A stretch of 64,000 nt of DNA from Eledone cirrhosa (GCA_964016885.1 OZ024740.1:109616001-109680000), one strand, 5' to 3'; positions 39,142-53,957 are shown, counted from the stretch's first letter. Numbers and translations: made by a program. The notes: generated from the sequence alone by a model not told the origin.

Positions 39142-41512
39142 AGTTCAATTCCAGGAACACAATGCATTGTGTTCTTGAGCAAGAGACTTTATCTCATTTT
39201 ATTCCAGTCTACACAACTAGAAAAAAATGTATTGTGACATCACTGGTGCTAATCTGTATCAGCCATTACCTTTCCATTGGACAACATTGGAAGCATGAAG
39301 AGGGGAGACTGGCAAGTATGAGTAACTGCTGGTTTTCCACAAAACACTTTGCTTAAGCTTGTATCATGGAGAGGAACTTTCTAGGTAGAACCCTATGGTC
39401 AACCATGACTGATGGGAGCCTACTTTTATGTCCTGGTTGATTTATGAAATACATAGCACAAAGTGTAAAATAGCCGGTACATAACTCTGGTGAGGGAGCA
39501 GGATCACTAATATTAAATAAATACACAATCAACATGTACACACTTATAGTTGGGAGTATTTTCATATTTGATTGTCTAAATAGGAGGAAGTGTAGTTGCC
39601 CCCCAACGGTATATTATAAACTACTTTTCTGGGTCTCCAAGACACATTGGAGAGGGAGGAAGATATCCTTAAATTGAAAACTTGGTCCGAATACTTGCAA
39701 CCAAGTGGATTTTGTTAAAGACACCTAAACAACAGAAGGGATGTTAAAGTTGGGCAGTGGGTTAAGTCTACCACCAAAATAGACCACAGCCCTCTGACTT
39801 TTATTTCTTCCATCATCATCTTTAGCCATGTCCTTCTTGGTTTTCCCCTCTCCCTCAAATTTTTTCCATATTCAATCCCAAAACACCTTTCACATAGTTA
39901 CTTTCACGCTTCCTCAACACATGACTAAGTCATCTCATTCCATTTCTCTTCACAACATCCATCACATCAACTGGGCAGTGGCTTAAGTCTACTACCAAAA
40001 TAGGGCACAACAGGATTTCAACTCAGAATACAAAGAGCTAGCTGTAATAAATACCACAAAGTATTTCATACTCTAACAATTCTGCCAATCTACTATCCTG
40101 TACTAACTGCTACTTTATTTTATCGATGTCGAAAGGAAAAAAAAGTCAAAGATGACTATAACAACATTTCAACTTAGAAAGCCAGAAGATATGGCGCAGA
40201 CATTTTTCCTACATTCTAACGACTCTGCTGTTTTATCTTTGAGCATAGAAAGCCAGAATAAATGGTGCAGATAGTTTTTACTTCATTTTAATGACTCTGC
40301 CATTTCTAATACTAAGTATTTGATTTTAAATTCCAACTCATTTTTCGAGTTTTACCATAGTTGAATTAACAACCCTTTTGTGATAAAACTGCCTGAAACT
40401 GCCCCTGGTTCTGTTTATACAAAGTTTTTAAAAGTGTTTGGTTTTTATTTATTCAAGGGCAGAATAAGTCAGGATAGACAGAGATCATTAGCCTTGGTTG
40501 GCAGTCTGTCTAAGAGAAGGATCACTTCATCCTTGTGATGAACGTAGATGAGCTGTGGCTCGGTAGCCAGCTTCCAAATTATGGTCAAAAGAGGATTTCA
40601 GACTCACTGATATCACCTTTCTCCCAATGAGAATTATGGACATACAGCATCATATAGATTAATGTTTCTGCAATTGTCTATGGTCCCCAACTCACAGTAA
40701 AGAGGATGGGAAAAGACCAGACCAGACCAGACCAAGTTTTATTTTAAAACTTTCCATCATAACTTCTTGATTATTTTCAAAATAATTTGAAAATCATAGG
40801 CAGTGTCTTTCATTAGAAATATGGTAATAAAATGGTTAATGAGGAATTATAGATGAATAGATATGTTTGTGGACCTCTTCAATATTTAAATATGAAACAG
40901 AGCTCAACGATTAGATGTGTTGTGTGTGTATGAGATAGAATGAAACGTTTATTTAATCCTTTCATCACTATATTTCTCATGAAAGACACTGTCAATGTGT
41001 TTCAGTTAATTTGAAAATTACCTCAAAATTGAGAGAATCTACTAAAATAACTAATATTTTCTATAGTAAGTTGGTGTTTGGAACATTACTTAACAAAAAT
41101 TTCTTACATATATGATAGAGAGTATAAATATAAGTATGAACACTTTAAAATAGGCAGTTTTGTGCTATTGATTCAGATGGGTTTGTATCAAAAGAATTAT
41201 AAACAAATTTTCTTTAAATCAATAGCTTGATCATTGAACTTGTATTTCTAAGTCAAAGAATTGTGTAATTTTTAGTATATTAATCCAATTATGTTGAAAT
41301 TAATCCTATCACAACATTTTTCTTTGGATCTAGAAGAAATGTGTAAATACTGTATAGCATCATCATCATCATTATCACAGTACTTAGGATTTTTGTGCAT
41401 GTGTGCGTGAGCATATTGTACAGCAGTGTGTATGGGTGTGTGTATGAGAGCATATTGATTGTATGTGTGTCCATATATGTGTGAGAGAGAGAGAGAGCAT
41501 ATTGATTGTGTT

Positions 41513-41549
<37 letters not shown>

Positions 41550-42084
41550 TCCTTTTCATTTAGAAATAAAGCCTCTCAGTTTAAGTCCAGCCAACCAGTC
41601 TGCAGTCATTTATCATTCACATATCCAGGAATAAGATGACACCAGATGATGACTGGAAATCACACCAATTCAGTTGTAGTGTAGAACATATAAACAGTAG
41701 AAAATTACATTCTAAACATGAGATAAATATCAACTATTGAGAGTGGATTGGCAGAAGTGGTTTGGGCCAGATTGGTATCAAAAGGGTTAATGATTAACTT
41801 CAACATGTCACAACTTAAGTTACAATAGGTACAGTCATGACTGTAGTTACCATGTGTTCACTTAGCAATCACATGGTTCTGGGTTCAGTCTTACTGCACA
41901 GTATCTTGGGTAGGTGTCTTCTACTATAGCCTCAAGTTGACCTATGTCTTGTGAGTGGCAGATGGAAACTGGAGAAACCCATCATATATATGTAACATGG
42001 TTGGTGTTAGGAAGGACACCCAGCTATGGAAACCAAGCTAAAATACAGATCTGTATGAGCAGGACGTGGTCTCTGGACCTGACT

Positions 42085-42310
42085 TGAGTCATAACATGAT
42101 AAGATGGTGCAGCAGCCGAGAGAATTTGGCAGCTACCAACTGGACATCTCTAGTCTCAGTGAAATGAAATTGAGAGATAGTGGGAAAATGTACAGGGATG
42201 GCAGAACTGTGATCTATTCTAGTCATGAAGGTCAACACACCTAAAGATAGGGATGGTAGAACAGTGGTCAGTACACCTAGAGACAGGGATAGTAGAACTG
42301 TGATGTTTTC
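42085..42310 (+). mobile_element. Degenerate RTE endonuclease N-terminal fragment
   Basis: Remnant YQLDI..LSEMK..DSGKM...GRTVIYS.HE. Confidence 0.5.
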
Positions 42311-42494
42311 TGTCAAGGCATGCCAAGAGCACAGTTATCCAAGCCTATGCTGCAACTGAAGATACAATTGAAGATACAGCTGATGTTTTGCAAGATGCCT
42401 TTTAATCGCAGCTGCAGGGCATAGTCAGTAAAATTCCCAGTCATGATGTCAAGTTACTTATTGATGACTTTACTGTACAGATGAGCAGATGACA

Positions 42495-42760
42495 AGGAGC
42501 AGAACAGATACACAGGCACACATAGAAGAAGGAGCAGAACATACACACATAGACACACTTATGGGAGGGAGTAGAACACACAGACACTCACATAGAGAGG
42601 GAGCAGAACACACACACATAGAGAGGGAGCAGAACACACACACAGACACATGTATGAGAGGGAGCAAAACATACACAAGGAGAAGAACACACACACATAT
42701 GAGAGGGAGTAAAACACACACATATGACAGGGAGCAAGACACACAGAAGAACACACACAC
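42495..42760. repeat. Minisatellite gagggagcagaacacacaca(n)
   Basis: About 8 variable units read directly. Confidence 0.85.
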
Positions 42761-44622
42761 GTCTCTGTGTTTGTCATGCAATTTAGTGGATTCAACAAAA
42801 AAGAGCTTGAGAAAACAATTACAAAACTTTTTTAAAAAAGGACTAAATAATATGGCTGACTAAATCAAGATGGTGATCCAGCATGGCCACAGACTAATGA
42901 TTGAAACAAGTAAAAAAAAGATGATCCACAAATGGCAACACAGCTGTATAAAATGTTGTTTTCTTTTCTCCTTAGCATGTGGTACAGTCAGAAAAGAAAG
43001 TACACTTGGCACTTTGCCAGTGTGTTGAGTTTAACACATTTGATACCAGCATGCCTAAAACCACTTCTGCTTCTATATGTTTTAAGGTGTTTATATTTAT
43101 CTAAAAACCTTCCATCATAATTTTATATAAAAAAGCTTTGTTGTGTTCCAAACACCAGCTTGATAATGACAAAGTTAGTTATAGCAATTAATAAATTCCT
43201 TCAAATTTATGAATATTTTCAAAATGATTTTTAAAAAAGAAGCAGTGTCTTTCACTAGAAATATTGTAACAGCTGGTGCAACTCAATTTTGGCAGCCAAG
43301 TAGACTGGAGCAACAGAAAATAAAGTGTCTTGCTCAAGGACACAATGTGCCACCTTACAATTGTGGGTCAAACTCCCTAGACACTAAGTCACATGCCCTC
43401 ATTACAAATAGACACTTTTTCATATAAAACAGAAAGAATTTTCGAACTCCAACACAAACCCTCCATCTCAATTTTACTTTTGAAAATAATAAGAACTGTG
43501 AAACCGGTTAAGTAAATAAATATTCTTAAAAGACTCCAGTTCAATTTTCAAATTCTTTCCTTACCTATATATATATACAGAGAAAAATAAATGCATACAA
43601 AAGTGTGTGTGTGTGATGTAAGCCTAAAGTGCTTGCTCTATGTGACACCAATGAAACTGTGATACTCTACTGAATAACAGCTGCAAAAGGAGTAGAATTC
43701 TTACAACATCCACTCTTGGTATCCAACAGCGTTGCAGTAAACACACACATCAATAAATATACTAACATACATACACACATGTCAACAAATATACTAACAC
43801 ACACACACACACAGCATTCCTGATGTTGGTTGAGTCATGATCACATCTGTCTTTAACTTTCCATTATTTATTTATTTTGAGGTTGTCATCCTGGGTAACT
43901 CCTCACACTTGATAAATACATACACACACACACATACATACATACATACATACATATATACACACACATATGCATATGCATCTACATGTATACACATCTA
44001 GAGCAATGACACATATACACATATATCCACAGACCCAAACACACACATGCACATCTACACACCCACAAGATAAACATCACTCACCTATAACACACATCCA
44101 TATCTTACAGAGAGACACACCCACACCTACATACATTACAGATACGAGAAAGACCAATAAAGACAAACATAAACATACACAGTCAAGCAACATGGTGGAC
44201 ATCGAACGATGAGTGAATGAATTGCTTGATCAATGGGATAGCTTATATATATATATATAAGCTACTGCTGGGACTAATTTTCAGCTGAGTGTACTGGAGC
44301 AATGTGAAATTAAGTGTTTTACTGAAGATCACAATGGAAGTACATAGCCAGGAATAAAACCCACTGCATTCATATTATAAGTTCAAAACCCTAACCACCA
44401 GGCCACATATGTGTACTGTGTGTATCTGGTTTGGAATACATACTCTACTATGTCCCTGCATATTGTAAGAGGTGACTAAAAGTGTTGGCATTAGGGTGGG
44501 CAGCTGACTGTAAAACATTGCCTTACAAAAGACCCAATGGGTATAAATTGTGACATGGGGCCTTGTTTTAGCCATAAAATGCTTGATGACAAGAGAAGGA
44601 GAAATGTAGAGGGAGGGAGATG

Positions 44623-44658
<36 letters not shown>

Positions 44659-46139
44659 GAGAGAGATATGTACAGAGAGAGAGGGAGAGAGAGATGTGTG
44701 TGAAATAATAACATATATATTAGTCAAACATTCCAAAGAACTGGTTCCCATTTACATCATCTATCTCAGCTTCTACCACTATCATCTCCACCACCACCTC
44801 TACCATCTCCTCCTCACCTTCCCCTCTGTATTGTCGTAATCATCATTCTCTCCACCATCATCATTCTCTCCACCATCATCATTTCCCTTGACATCTGTTT
44901 TGTCATGCTTGCAACTGAGATTCCGATGTGTTAGTAACAACTCTCATCACCATAAACATATTAGAGAGAGAGGAGGGTGAAGGGGAGAGAGAGAGAGAGA
45001 GAGGAGGTGGAGGAGAGAAAGAAATGGTGTAAAAAAATGATGTGTAACAGAGCATGGAAAATTGGGACAAAGATTTAATGCTTCACTGCAGCCCCCCCCC
45101 CTCTTTGCTAATGTCAACCACTGCATGTGGAGGGTTGGAAGGGAGGCGAATTAGAGAGAGGGAAGATCAAGTGAGATAGTAATTCTATTATGGAAGAAAA
45201 CAATAAAAAAAAGAGTAAAATTTAAAAAATAACAACAACAAAGAAACCTAAACCAAAACAAACAAAAAATATTCCAAAAGAAGCCAAAATATGGTAAAAC
45301 AAGAGGATGCAAGGATTATGATAAATATTGGTTATGTTTTGACAGAACCAAGGTTTTAAAGGCAAATGAATGGTTTACAATAGAATGTGGAATTGGATTC
45401 AACAAAGCAAATCACTGAGGAATGAATAGAAATGAAAGAAATTCTGGAACTGAATAATATTCAAAGAAATATTGAAATATATATGTAAGTCTGTTGGTTG
45501 CTTTTGGTTTGGTATGACATAAAGACAAGGATATTGTATAATAAAGTGTAGCCATCAATCAATACATACTATAAAGTGTTTTGTTATACAAATATCTCAG
45601 TTGAATAGCAAAAGCAAACAGCTGAAATTTGCCTGAATGTATGTATATTTGTGAAATATCATACATAATATGACTATATGGTTAAGGAGGTTCACTTTAC
45701 AACTACACAGTTTCAGGTTCAGTGCCAGTTTCTGGAACTTCAGGCAAGTGTCTTCTACTTTAATCTCAGGTTGACCAATGGTTTGTAGAATTTGGTAGTC
45801 AGAAACTATGTAGAAGGGTGTCAGGTGTATGTGTATGTGTGTTTATATATAGCAACAGTTGATTGACAAGATCCCAGACCTCACTCGCTTAACGAGTGGA
45901 GCTCATCAAATTGGACTGAGGAAACAATGTTTCCATTGGTCTTTCCAATTACTAATACTATCTGCTGGTTACAAGCCCAGACAGAAGGAGCATCATGAAA
46001 TAAAATGTCTTGCTCATGGACATAACACATCGCCCGGTCTGGGAATCGAAATCTCAACTTCAAGATTGTGAATCCAATTCTGTAACCACTCAGCCATACA
46101 CCTTCACTCTCTCTCTATATATATATATAAAGCATTGTG

Positions 46140-46530
46140 AGATATGTAATAAATGACTGATTAATTCTCAAAAGCTGGTAAAACGCAGTAGAAATATATA
46201 AAGGATAAAGGATGACAATAAAACAGAACAAAGTAATGTTTTACCCAGTATATTTCAACATGATATTTTAGGGCTGTTACCCTCTTTTCAAATATGATGC
46301 AGAAATGGTTCAAAACAAAAACAAACGATCAATGTGTTGTTCGTTAACTGGTCTACATGACTGAAATATGCATGCATGAAGTCGTTAAAGTAGCCAACCT
46401 GCTCCATTCATTGCCAAACTATCATTTATCTGTGATATTTTCTGGTTGATGATAATAGTCTCTTTGATTCTTACATTGTCCACATTCATTTTTGCAGCCA
46501 AGACATTGAGGTAACCAGAGAGGTGATATA
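46140..46530 (-). mobile_element. Probable Penelope-like 3' fragment
   Basis: NVLAAKMNVDNVRIKETIIINQKISQIND resembles the GIY-YIG C-terminal helix (compare LRIKEALII at ~56945); flanked by (TA)n. Confidence 0.5.
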
Positions 46531-46589
46531 CAAACATAACTATATATATATATATATATATATAAGGTCCCACGATATTACATAGTAGT

Positions 46590-47262
46590 GAGACCTGGGC
46601 ATTGTGTGCTGAAGAGTTGTGTAGATTAGAAAGAAATTAAGCTTGCATGCTCTGATGGATGTGTAATAATAATGTGCGCGAACGGCGAAACATAAATGAA
46701 TTGAAAGAGAGACGAAGCATAAGAGGTATCAAATGTTGTGTTCTGGAGAGGAGATTGCATTGGTATGGACATGTGATGCGTATGAAGGACAATAGCTGTA
46801 TAAAAAATGCAGGGCAATGAAAATTGATGGAAGCTACGGAGTGGGTAGACCAAGTAAAACCTGGGACGAGGTGATAAAAACTGACCTTGCTCACTTATAC
46901 CTCTCTAAGACAATGACATTGGATCGAGATCTTTGGCGCCATGCAGTTGTACAGAAAACCCGACTGCCATTGCATACAAACCTACACCCTACTCCATCCT
47001 CCCTTTTCCGTTCCATCCATTGTGTCGATGACACAACAGTCCACACTGTAAGGTGGTCGTGTAGGAGACACGGTAAAAAGGCTCCCAGTCCACACTGTAA
47101 ATGTGGTTGGTGTTAGGAAGGGCATCTAACTGTAAAACACCTGCCACAGACACTTCCGTACGAGCGAGACACGGTCTCCTGACCATTCCCATATCAAATG
47201 GAACAAAACCGTCTAACCCATGCTAGCATGGAAGATGGAGATTAAACGATGATGATGATGAT
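46590..47262 (+). mobile_element. RTE LINE 3' end
   Basis: SETWALCAEE..RLERN...WYGHVMRM...GRPSKTWDEVI, followed by 3' UTR and (GAT)n tail. Confidence 0.88.
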
Positions 47263-48855
47263 ATATATATAACTAACTATTTTTAGCCATTGGGGAGTTT
47301 GAGTCAATCACATTGACCCTAGTACTTATTTTATCGATCTCTATTAATTGAAAGAAGTGGCAAATTCACAGAGTTATTAAAGTGTCAGATAGAATGCTTT
47401 GCAGTATTCATTCCATCTCTCTGAGTTCAAATCCCACAAAGGCCAACTTTGCCTTTTATCCTTTTGAGGCTGGTAAAAAGTACCTGTCCAGTACTAGTTT
47501 GATTCTTTCTCTATGTCCATTTTCTACCTCCTAACTAACACTCTCCTTTTACACAGGAAGACATTGGATATGTTTAGACCTGGAGAGAGGATGGGCTCCT
47601 CCAGGTTTAAAAAGTGCCTAAGACCTTATTATGTAAAGACTGTACCCTTACAACTCCAGGAGATACGGGTCCAAACATACAATTATTGAAAGGCTAAGTT
47701 ACCCCTTTTTTTACATAAAGGGAAACAACTTATTACAAGTTTACATGAGTAAACATAAACACTGATACACACCCACATATATTTTCTATAAGTGTGTCAT
47801 GTTTTTAGAGGCAATGAACTAGGACATTCTCTCTCATTCTTTCTGTGTGTATGCTTTTGGTAGGAAGGCTAAGGACATCTGTCTGTATAACACATTAATA
47901 CTTTAAAATTCAGTCAAATAAGCTAGCATCTGGTATGTATCTTTAGAGAATTCAATAGTGTGTGTATACTGTCCCTTTTCAAATGACATAAACATTGAGA
48001 ATATATATTACATAATATAGTCAGCATCATTTTTACATTTGCTTTTCACCCAAAACCTCTTGCATCTGATCTTCTTATTGCAGAACACTGACAAAACTCC
48101 TGATTTTGACTTGTAAACTTGATGTCCATCTTCACTTCTAGCTACTTGATATTGTTACCTATTGCCTCCGTTTATCCAGGTCTGTCATTTTAGCTTTTAT
48201 GGCTTTGTCTATAGTATTATTCTACCATGTTACCTTCCATCTTGTTGGTACTTCAGCTGTAGCCTCTTGCTCAAAGAACCCTAGTATTTGATTGTTAGAT
48301 CTGCAAGGGAGAGCAGCCATCGCCTCGGCTGGTCTTACTTGGGGATACAACTAGATCAATTGGAGATGGTTGCTGCTGACAGGACCCACTGAAGGGTGTA
48401 TTTGAGGATTCCTCCCCCATGATCCTCACAGGAATAAGCGTGTAAAGAAGAAGAAGTTTATTTTATTAACTCCAGAAAGATGGAAAGCAAAGTTGACAAA
48501 ATATCATAATACATTTTGTCCAAAATTTTAACAATTCTGGGAATCTATGACTTTCTGATCGAAAGGTTTTCCAGCTATGACTATGCCATCTTTTTATATA
48601 GATTACCTTGTGCAACATACATTTCTGAAAGGGTGATATTTGGGGGGTATTTTAGCTGCTATTTCTAATAGAGCAAGTAACTAGACTGAGGCCTCCTCAT
48701 GAATGTCCAGCTAAACAACACACTGATATATTAGTGGTACCTACATATGCTGTACTTTAGCACTGTTACCACACAGCCACCATATTTCATATGACATATA
48801 TGAATGGGCAAACATACACACACACACATGTAAATATAAACACAAACAAAGGCAC

Positions 48856-49230
48856 ATTGGCAGTATCGGTAGAGGGTCGGACGCCATGCTTTCAGCATAG
48901 TTACGTCCCTTTACGATCTGAGTTCAAATCCCGCCGAGGTTGACTTTGCCTTTCATCCTTACGGGGTCGATAAAATAAAGTACCAGTAATGCACTGGGTA
49001 ATTGCTGGCCTTGTGCCTAAAGTAGAAACAATTATTACTTGGATTGGCAGTATCGGTAGAGGGTCAGACACCATGCTTTGATGCATAGAGTTACGGCCCT
49101 TGCCATTCTGAGTTCAAATCCCACCGAGGTTTTAACTTTGCCTTTCATCCTTACAGGGTCGATAAAATAAAGTACCAGTAATGCGCTGGGATAATTGCTG
49201 GCCTTGTGCCAAAAGTAGAAACAATTATTA
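48856..49230 (+). mobile_element. Head-to-tail dimer of a Meta-like SINE
   Basis: Two ~185 bp units, each attggcagtatcggtagagggtc...agtagaaacaattattact. Confidence 0.85.
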
Positions 49231-49638
49231 CTGGATATGATATATATATAAAAACAAAATACAAGTGTTTTGATGTACAGTTTAACAACTTAAGATCTCC
49301 GGATTTTACTAAAACTTCATTCTCTGGTAAATGGAAAAACCCATTTCCTTGATAATGTTATTATTGTTCCAGATAATGCAGCTCTCAGTATTTTTAATGG
49401 AAACAGTAAAGGTTGTTATATTATTATTTATTTATGAGTGGTGTTAATAAGACCATAAGACTAGGAAAACTTCATTTGCAAAATACATGTGTGTGTGTGT
49501 GTGTGAATGTTTGTATCCATCCATGGACCCAGGACTCCTGATGGAGTTGTATAGGTGCTGTCATTTACATGTAGCATATATCAAGCACTCAAACCTGGTA
49601 GAGCCCATCCTTCTTTGGGTCTAAACATAGCTGGTTTT

Positions 49639-49702
<64 letters not shown>

Positions 49703-49936
49703 GTGTGTGTGTGTATTTATCAACCTCAAAAGGATGAAAAGCAAATTTAACTTCAGGTGTGATTTGAACTCAGAGCACAGTGAGCTGGAATGAATACCAC
49801 AAAGCACTCTATCCACTATTCTAATGAATATTTATATATATTCATACACACATACATTCACATATATATGTGTGTATATATATATACATATGCACACACA
49901 CATATATATGCCTATATATGCATACACACATACATA

Positions 49937-50184
49937 TTTAGTGAATTGGTCACAGGGTTATTTACTTTGGTAAACGCCACTGCAGGCCAACCACTAATTA
50001 AATTCGATACAGATATAATAAGTGAGTGAACTGTCCGAGAGTCGGTCGCCAAATAAGCTAAGATGTCTCTTTTCTCCCTCCTTTATAATCCCTAGACCGG
50101 AAGTTCAAGGAATCTTCTAGAATTCAATGGGAAGTAACTCCAATTAGTTTTTTCTCCCCAGGCAAGGTGGCGCTAGTCGCTACA
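49937..50184 (-). mobile_element. Solo LTR of a related CsRn1-like Gypsy family
   Basis: Minus strand TGTAGCG...agttacttccc...tctagaa...aacttccgg...ttataaa...aagtaaataa...CAATTCACTAAA, with a perfect 4 bp TSD CATA (49933-49936 and 50185-50188). Confidence 0.85.
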
Positions 50185-50431
50185 CATATATTCACATATA
50201 CAGACACACATATATGTGGAAAGACATAATGCCACACCCAATACATAATTTCATATTGGTTATGTTAGGTTGGACAATAACAAATTAATTCCAAACAGAC
50301 TCTCCTAATTCATGTAATAGGGAACAATATAAAAACAAATTACAAAAGAACAAATGATGATGATGACAATGTTGGTGAGGAGTAGGTGAAGCTTTGTAGT
50401 AGACAGGATGCCGATTGACAGATGAATTGAT

Positions 50432-50795
50432 AAGGCTCTCAACCAAGAATCAGCCGCTTTTAAGTACCTTCTTGAGTTCTTCCCCAAGTTATCTGAGGCC
50501 AAAATCAAATCCAGGAAATCCAGTCATTTCTGACGTGTATAAGTTGCTTTATAAGTGTTATTTGTTTTTACTTGTTTGCTTTTGATAAGCTTGTGTAATA
50601 AAATAAATATAAACTCTGTTGATTTAATTATATGAACTGATAAATTAAAACAAAATGTGTTTTTTCTTGAAAAATATGAAAATTTCGAAATATCAAACTC
50701 CTGACCACAAACCCAAACTTCTGATTAAATAATGGGATATAACAAACCATGAAATGACACTTAGAACCAGGGAACAAAAAATATGTTACACGGTG
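50432..50795 (+). mobile_element. Second Chapaev-like copy (right end, internally deleted)
   Basis: Near-identical to 28131-28209 fused to 28607-28916; ends tgttacacggtg. Confidence 0.85.
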
Positions 50796-53595
50796 TAATT
50801 GGATAAACACTTTGGTAAATAATTAGTTGAATCACTCTATGTTGGTCCTTTAGGCATGAAATTTACTTGGGACCATTAATCCTTTTGATACGAAGCCATC
50901 TAAAACCCCTGCTAGTTCTATGATATATAACTGTTTATATTTATCTAAAAACCTCCAATCATAATGTTATTATGGTATGATATGGACCTGTAACTCCTGA
51001 GGAGTCATAGAGGTGCCATATTGACATACACTGTTTCTAGGACATTTTTTAAAAGCCTAGCAGAACCCATCTCCTCTCCAGGTCTTAATACAGTAGATTT
51101 TTTCTAGAGAAGGATAGAGAGAGTGAGAGAAAGGAAGTGAGAAAAAGATATAAGGAAGAATTGACCCCAGTACTTGACTGGTACTTTTTTTTATCAACTA
51201 GGAATGGATGAAAGGTAAAGTTGACCTCAGCAGGATTTGAACTTAGAGAGCAGAGAGTTGATATGAATGCTACAAAGCATTCTATCCAACATTTCAACGA
51301 CTCTGCCAATTTGCCGCCTATGTTATCATGATAAAAATGAAAATTACTTTGTACAGTGCTCAGGTGCACTACAACTCATCAAAGGTGCATATATAGTACA
51401 TAGAATAATGTACAAATGTAAGAACCTTTGTTAAGTTATGTTCCTGACACCAGCTTAATAATGAGAAAGTTCTTGTAAATACAGTAACAAAAGGGTTAAC
51501 TGCTGGACTAACAATGTTTAAACAAATATACATTCATCCTCATCATGATCGTAAGGTTATGAGTTTGATTCATAGTAGTGTGTTGTGTCCTTGAGCAAGA
51601 CACTTTATTTTACATTGCTCCAGTCCACTCAGCTGGCATATATGAGTTGTACTTGTAATTCAAAGGGCCAGTCTTGTTGCTGGGAACTACATTAAGGGTA
51701 TACATGTCTGTGGAATGCTCAGCCACTTGCTCGTTAATTTTATGAGCAGGCTGTTCTATTGTTTGAACAACTGGAGCCACCATTGTTAGAATGTAAATGG
51801 AACCCTGTCAGGTTCGACAATCAGTTTTCCAGTTAGTAGATCAACAGAGTCAAATTAAAGTGCAAGTGGCTGAGTATTCCACAGACCTGAGTACCCTTAA
51901 TGAAATTATCAGGGAGATTTAACATATCAAAGTGTGTATCAAGTCTGGTACAATCCATCTAATGGACTTTCAAACAGTTTCTTTCTACCCAATTTCATAC
52001 AAAGACTGGCTCAAAGCTATGGTAAATAACACTTGCCCAAAATACCATACAATGGGATTGAACTAGAGACCTTATGATTGTGAACCAAACTTATTAACAA
52101 TTTTGCCATGCTGTCTACCCTAACATCATAATTACACACACACAAACACACACATATAGGTGTGTGTTTGTGTGTGTGTGTGTGTACTAAGACATGGTCA
52201 TTGGATGTAGATGATATACGAAGGCTAGAAAGATATGACTCAAGTATGCTCTGTTGGATGTGTAATTTTAGTGTGTTAGTGTGTTAGTGTGTTAGTGTGC
52301 ATGAATGATGAAGCAGAGTTGAGTTGACAGAAAAAGTGGGTATAACAAGAAGTAGATGTGTGTAGGAGAGAAGATTGGACGTGAAGTGGCAGTAGTTTGA
52401 AACAGAAGGAAGACATTGGAAGAAGTGGTGAAAGTTGATCTCATGCTGTTGAACCTTGCAAAGTAAATGATAAAGGAAAAAGCCAAGTGGAGGAATGCTG
52501 CACTAAAGAGGAATTATTTAACTCATGCAAACAAGGAAAAAAGACATAAAAATGATTATATCATCATCATCATTATCATCATTTAGTGTTTATTTTTCCA
52601 TGCTTGCATGGATTAGATGGGTTGTCATGTTCTGAAACAAGTCAGATCAGGTGACCATGTCTTGCCCATATGGATCTGTATTTTGGCTTGATTTCTACAG
52701 CTGGGTGCCCTTTCTAACACCAATGACGTTACAGTGTGGACTTTATGCTTTTTATCGTGGCACAAAAACAACCATTTTACAGAGTGGACTGGGCGATTTT
52801 TGTCGTATCACCAGCATGACCACTTTACAGGGTGGATTGGGCACTTTTGGTCATGTCGCCAACACGACCACCTTACAGAATGAACCGGCCACTTTTTGTC
52901 ATATTACTAGCATGACCACCACTTTATTGTGTGAACTGAGAACTTTTTGTCATGTCACCAACACAACCAATATGTATATATTTATAAGAAATGTAGTGAT
53001 CTGTCATCACTACAACCCCCATTATAGAGTAGATTGGACCCTTTTCATTGTGTCACCAACACAACCAATATATGTATATATTTATAAGAAATGTTGTCAG
53101 CTGGAAAACTTTAATTAATTGAGATTATTCCTGCCATTCTAAGAGTTGTCTTTGCAACCACATAGTTTGAGGTTCAGTTCCACCGTATGGAACCATAGGT
53201 AAGTGTCTTCTACTATAGATTCAGGATGACCAATCCCTTTTCATGAAATATGGTAGGCAGAAACTTTGTGGAAATACACTGTGTGTGTGTACATATATAA
53301 ATTTATTATATATAGAAATGACTTCTACAGGACTAGAACTGTTTCATTTGAATGAAATGAGCACACACATATATGTGTGTGTTTGTGTTTACGTTTACTG
53401 TTAATGTCTAGTAACTTAAACTTAGTAGTTCGACAAAAAGAGATTGATAAAATAAGTACCAGAATTGTAAAAGGTAAGTGTTGGGGCAGGGGTTTTGATA
53501 TGATTGGCTAAATTTCTTCAAGGTGCCAGAGTTAAATGACTGTAACCAGTAGAAGAATAAATAAATGAAAACAATCAAAAGCCATAGATAAAAAT

Positions 53596-53667
53596 AATCA
53601 CCACCACCACCAACAACAACAACAACAACACCACCACCAACACTACCACCACGACCACCAACAACAA

Positions 53668-53698
<31 letters not shown>

Positions 53699-53866
53699 AA
53701 CAACAACAACAACAACAGCACTACCACCACCACCAGCACTACCACCACCACCACCACCACCAACAACAACAACAGCACTACTACCATCGCCACCACCAAC
53801 AACAACACTACCAGCATCCCCACCACCACCATCAGCACCACCATCACCACCAACAACAACAGCACT

Positions 53867-53897
<31 letters not shown>

Positions 53898-53926
53898 GCA
53901 CTACCACCACCAACAACAACAGCACT

Positions 53927-53957
<31 letters not shown>

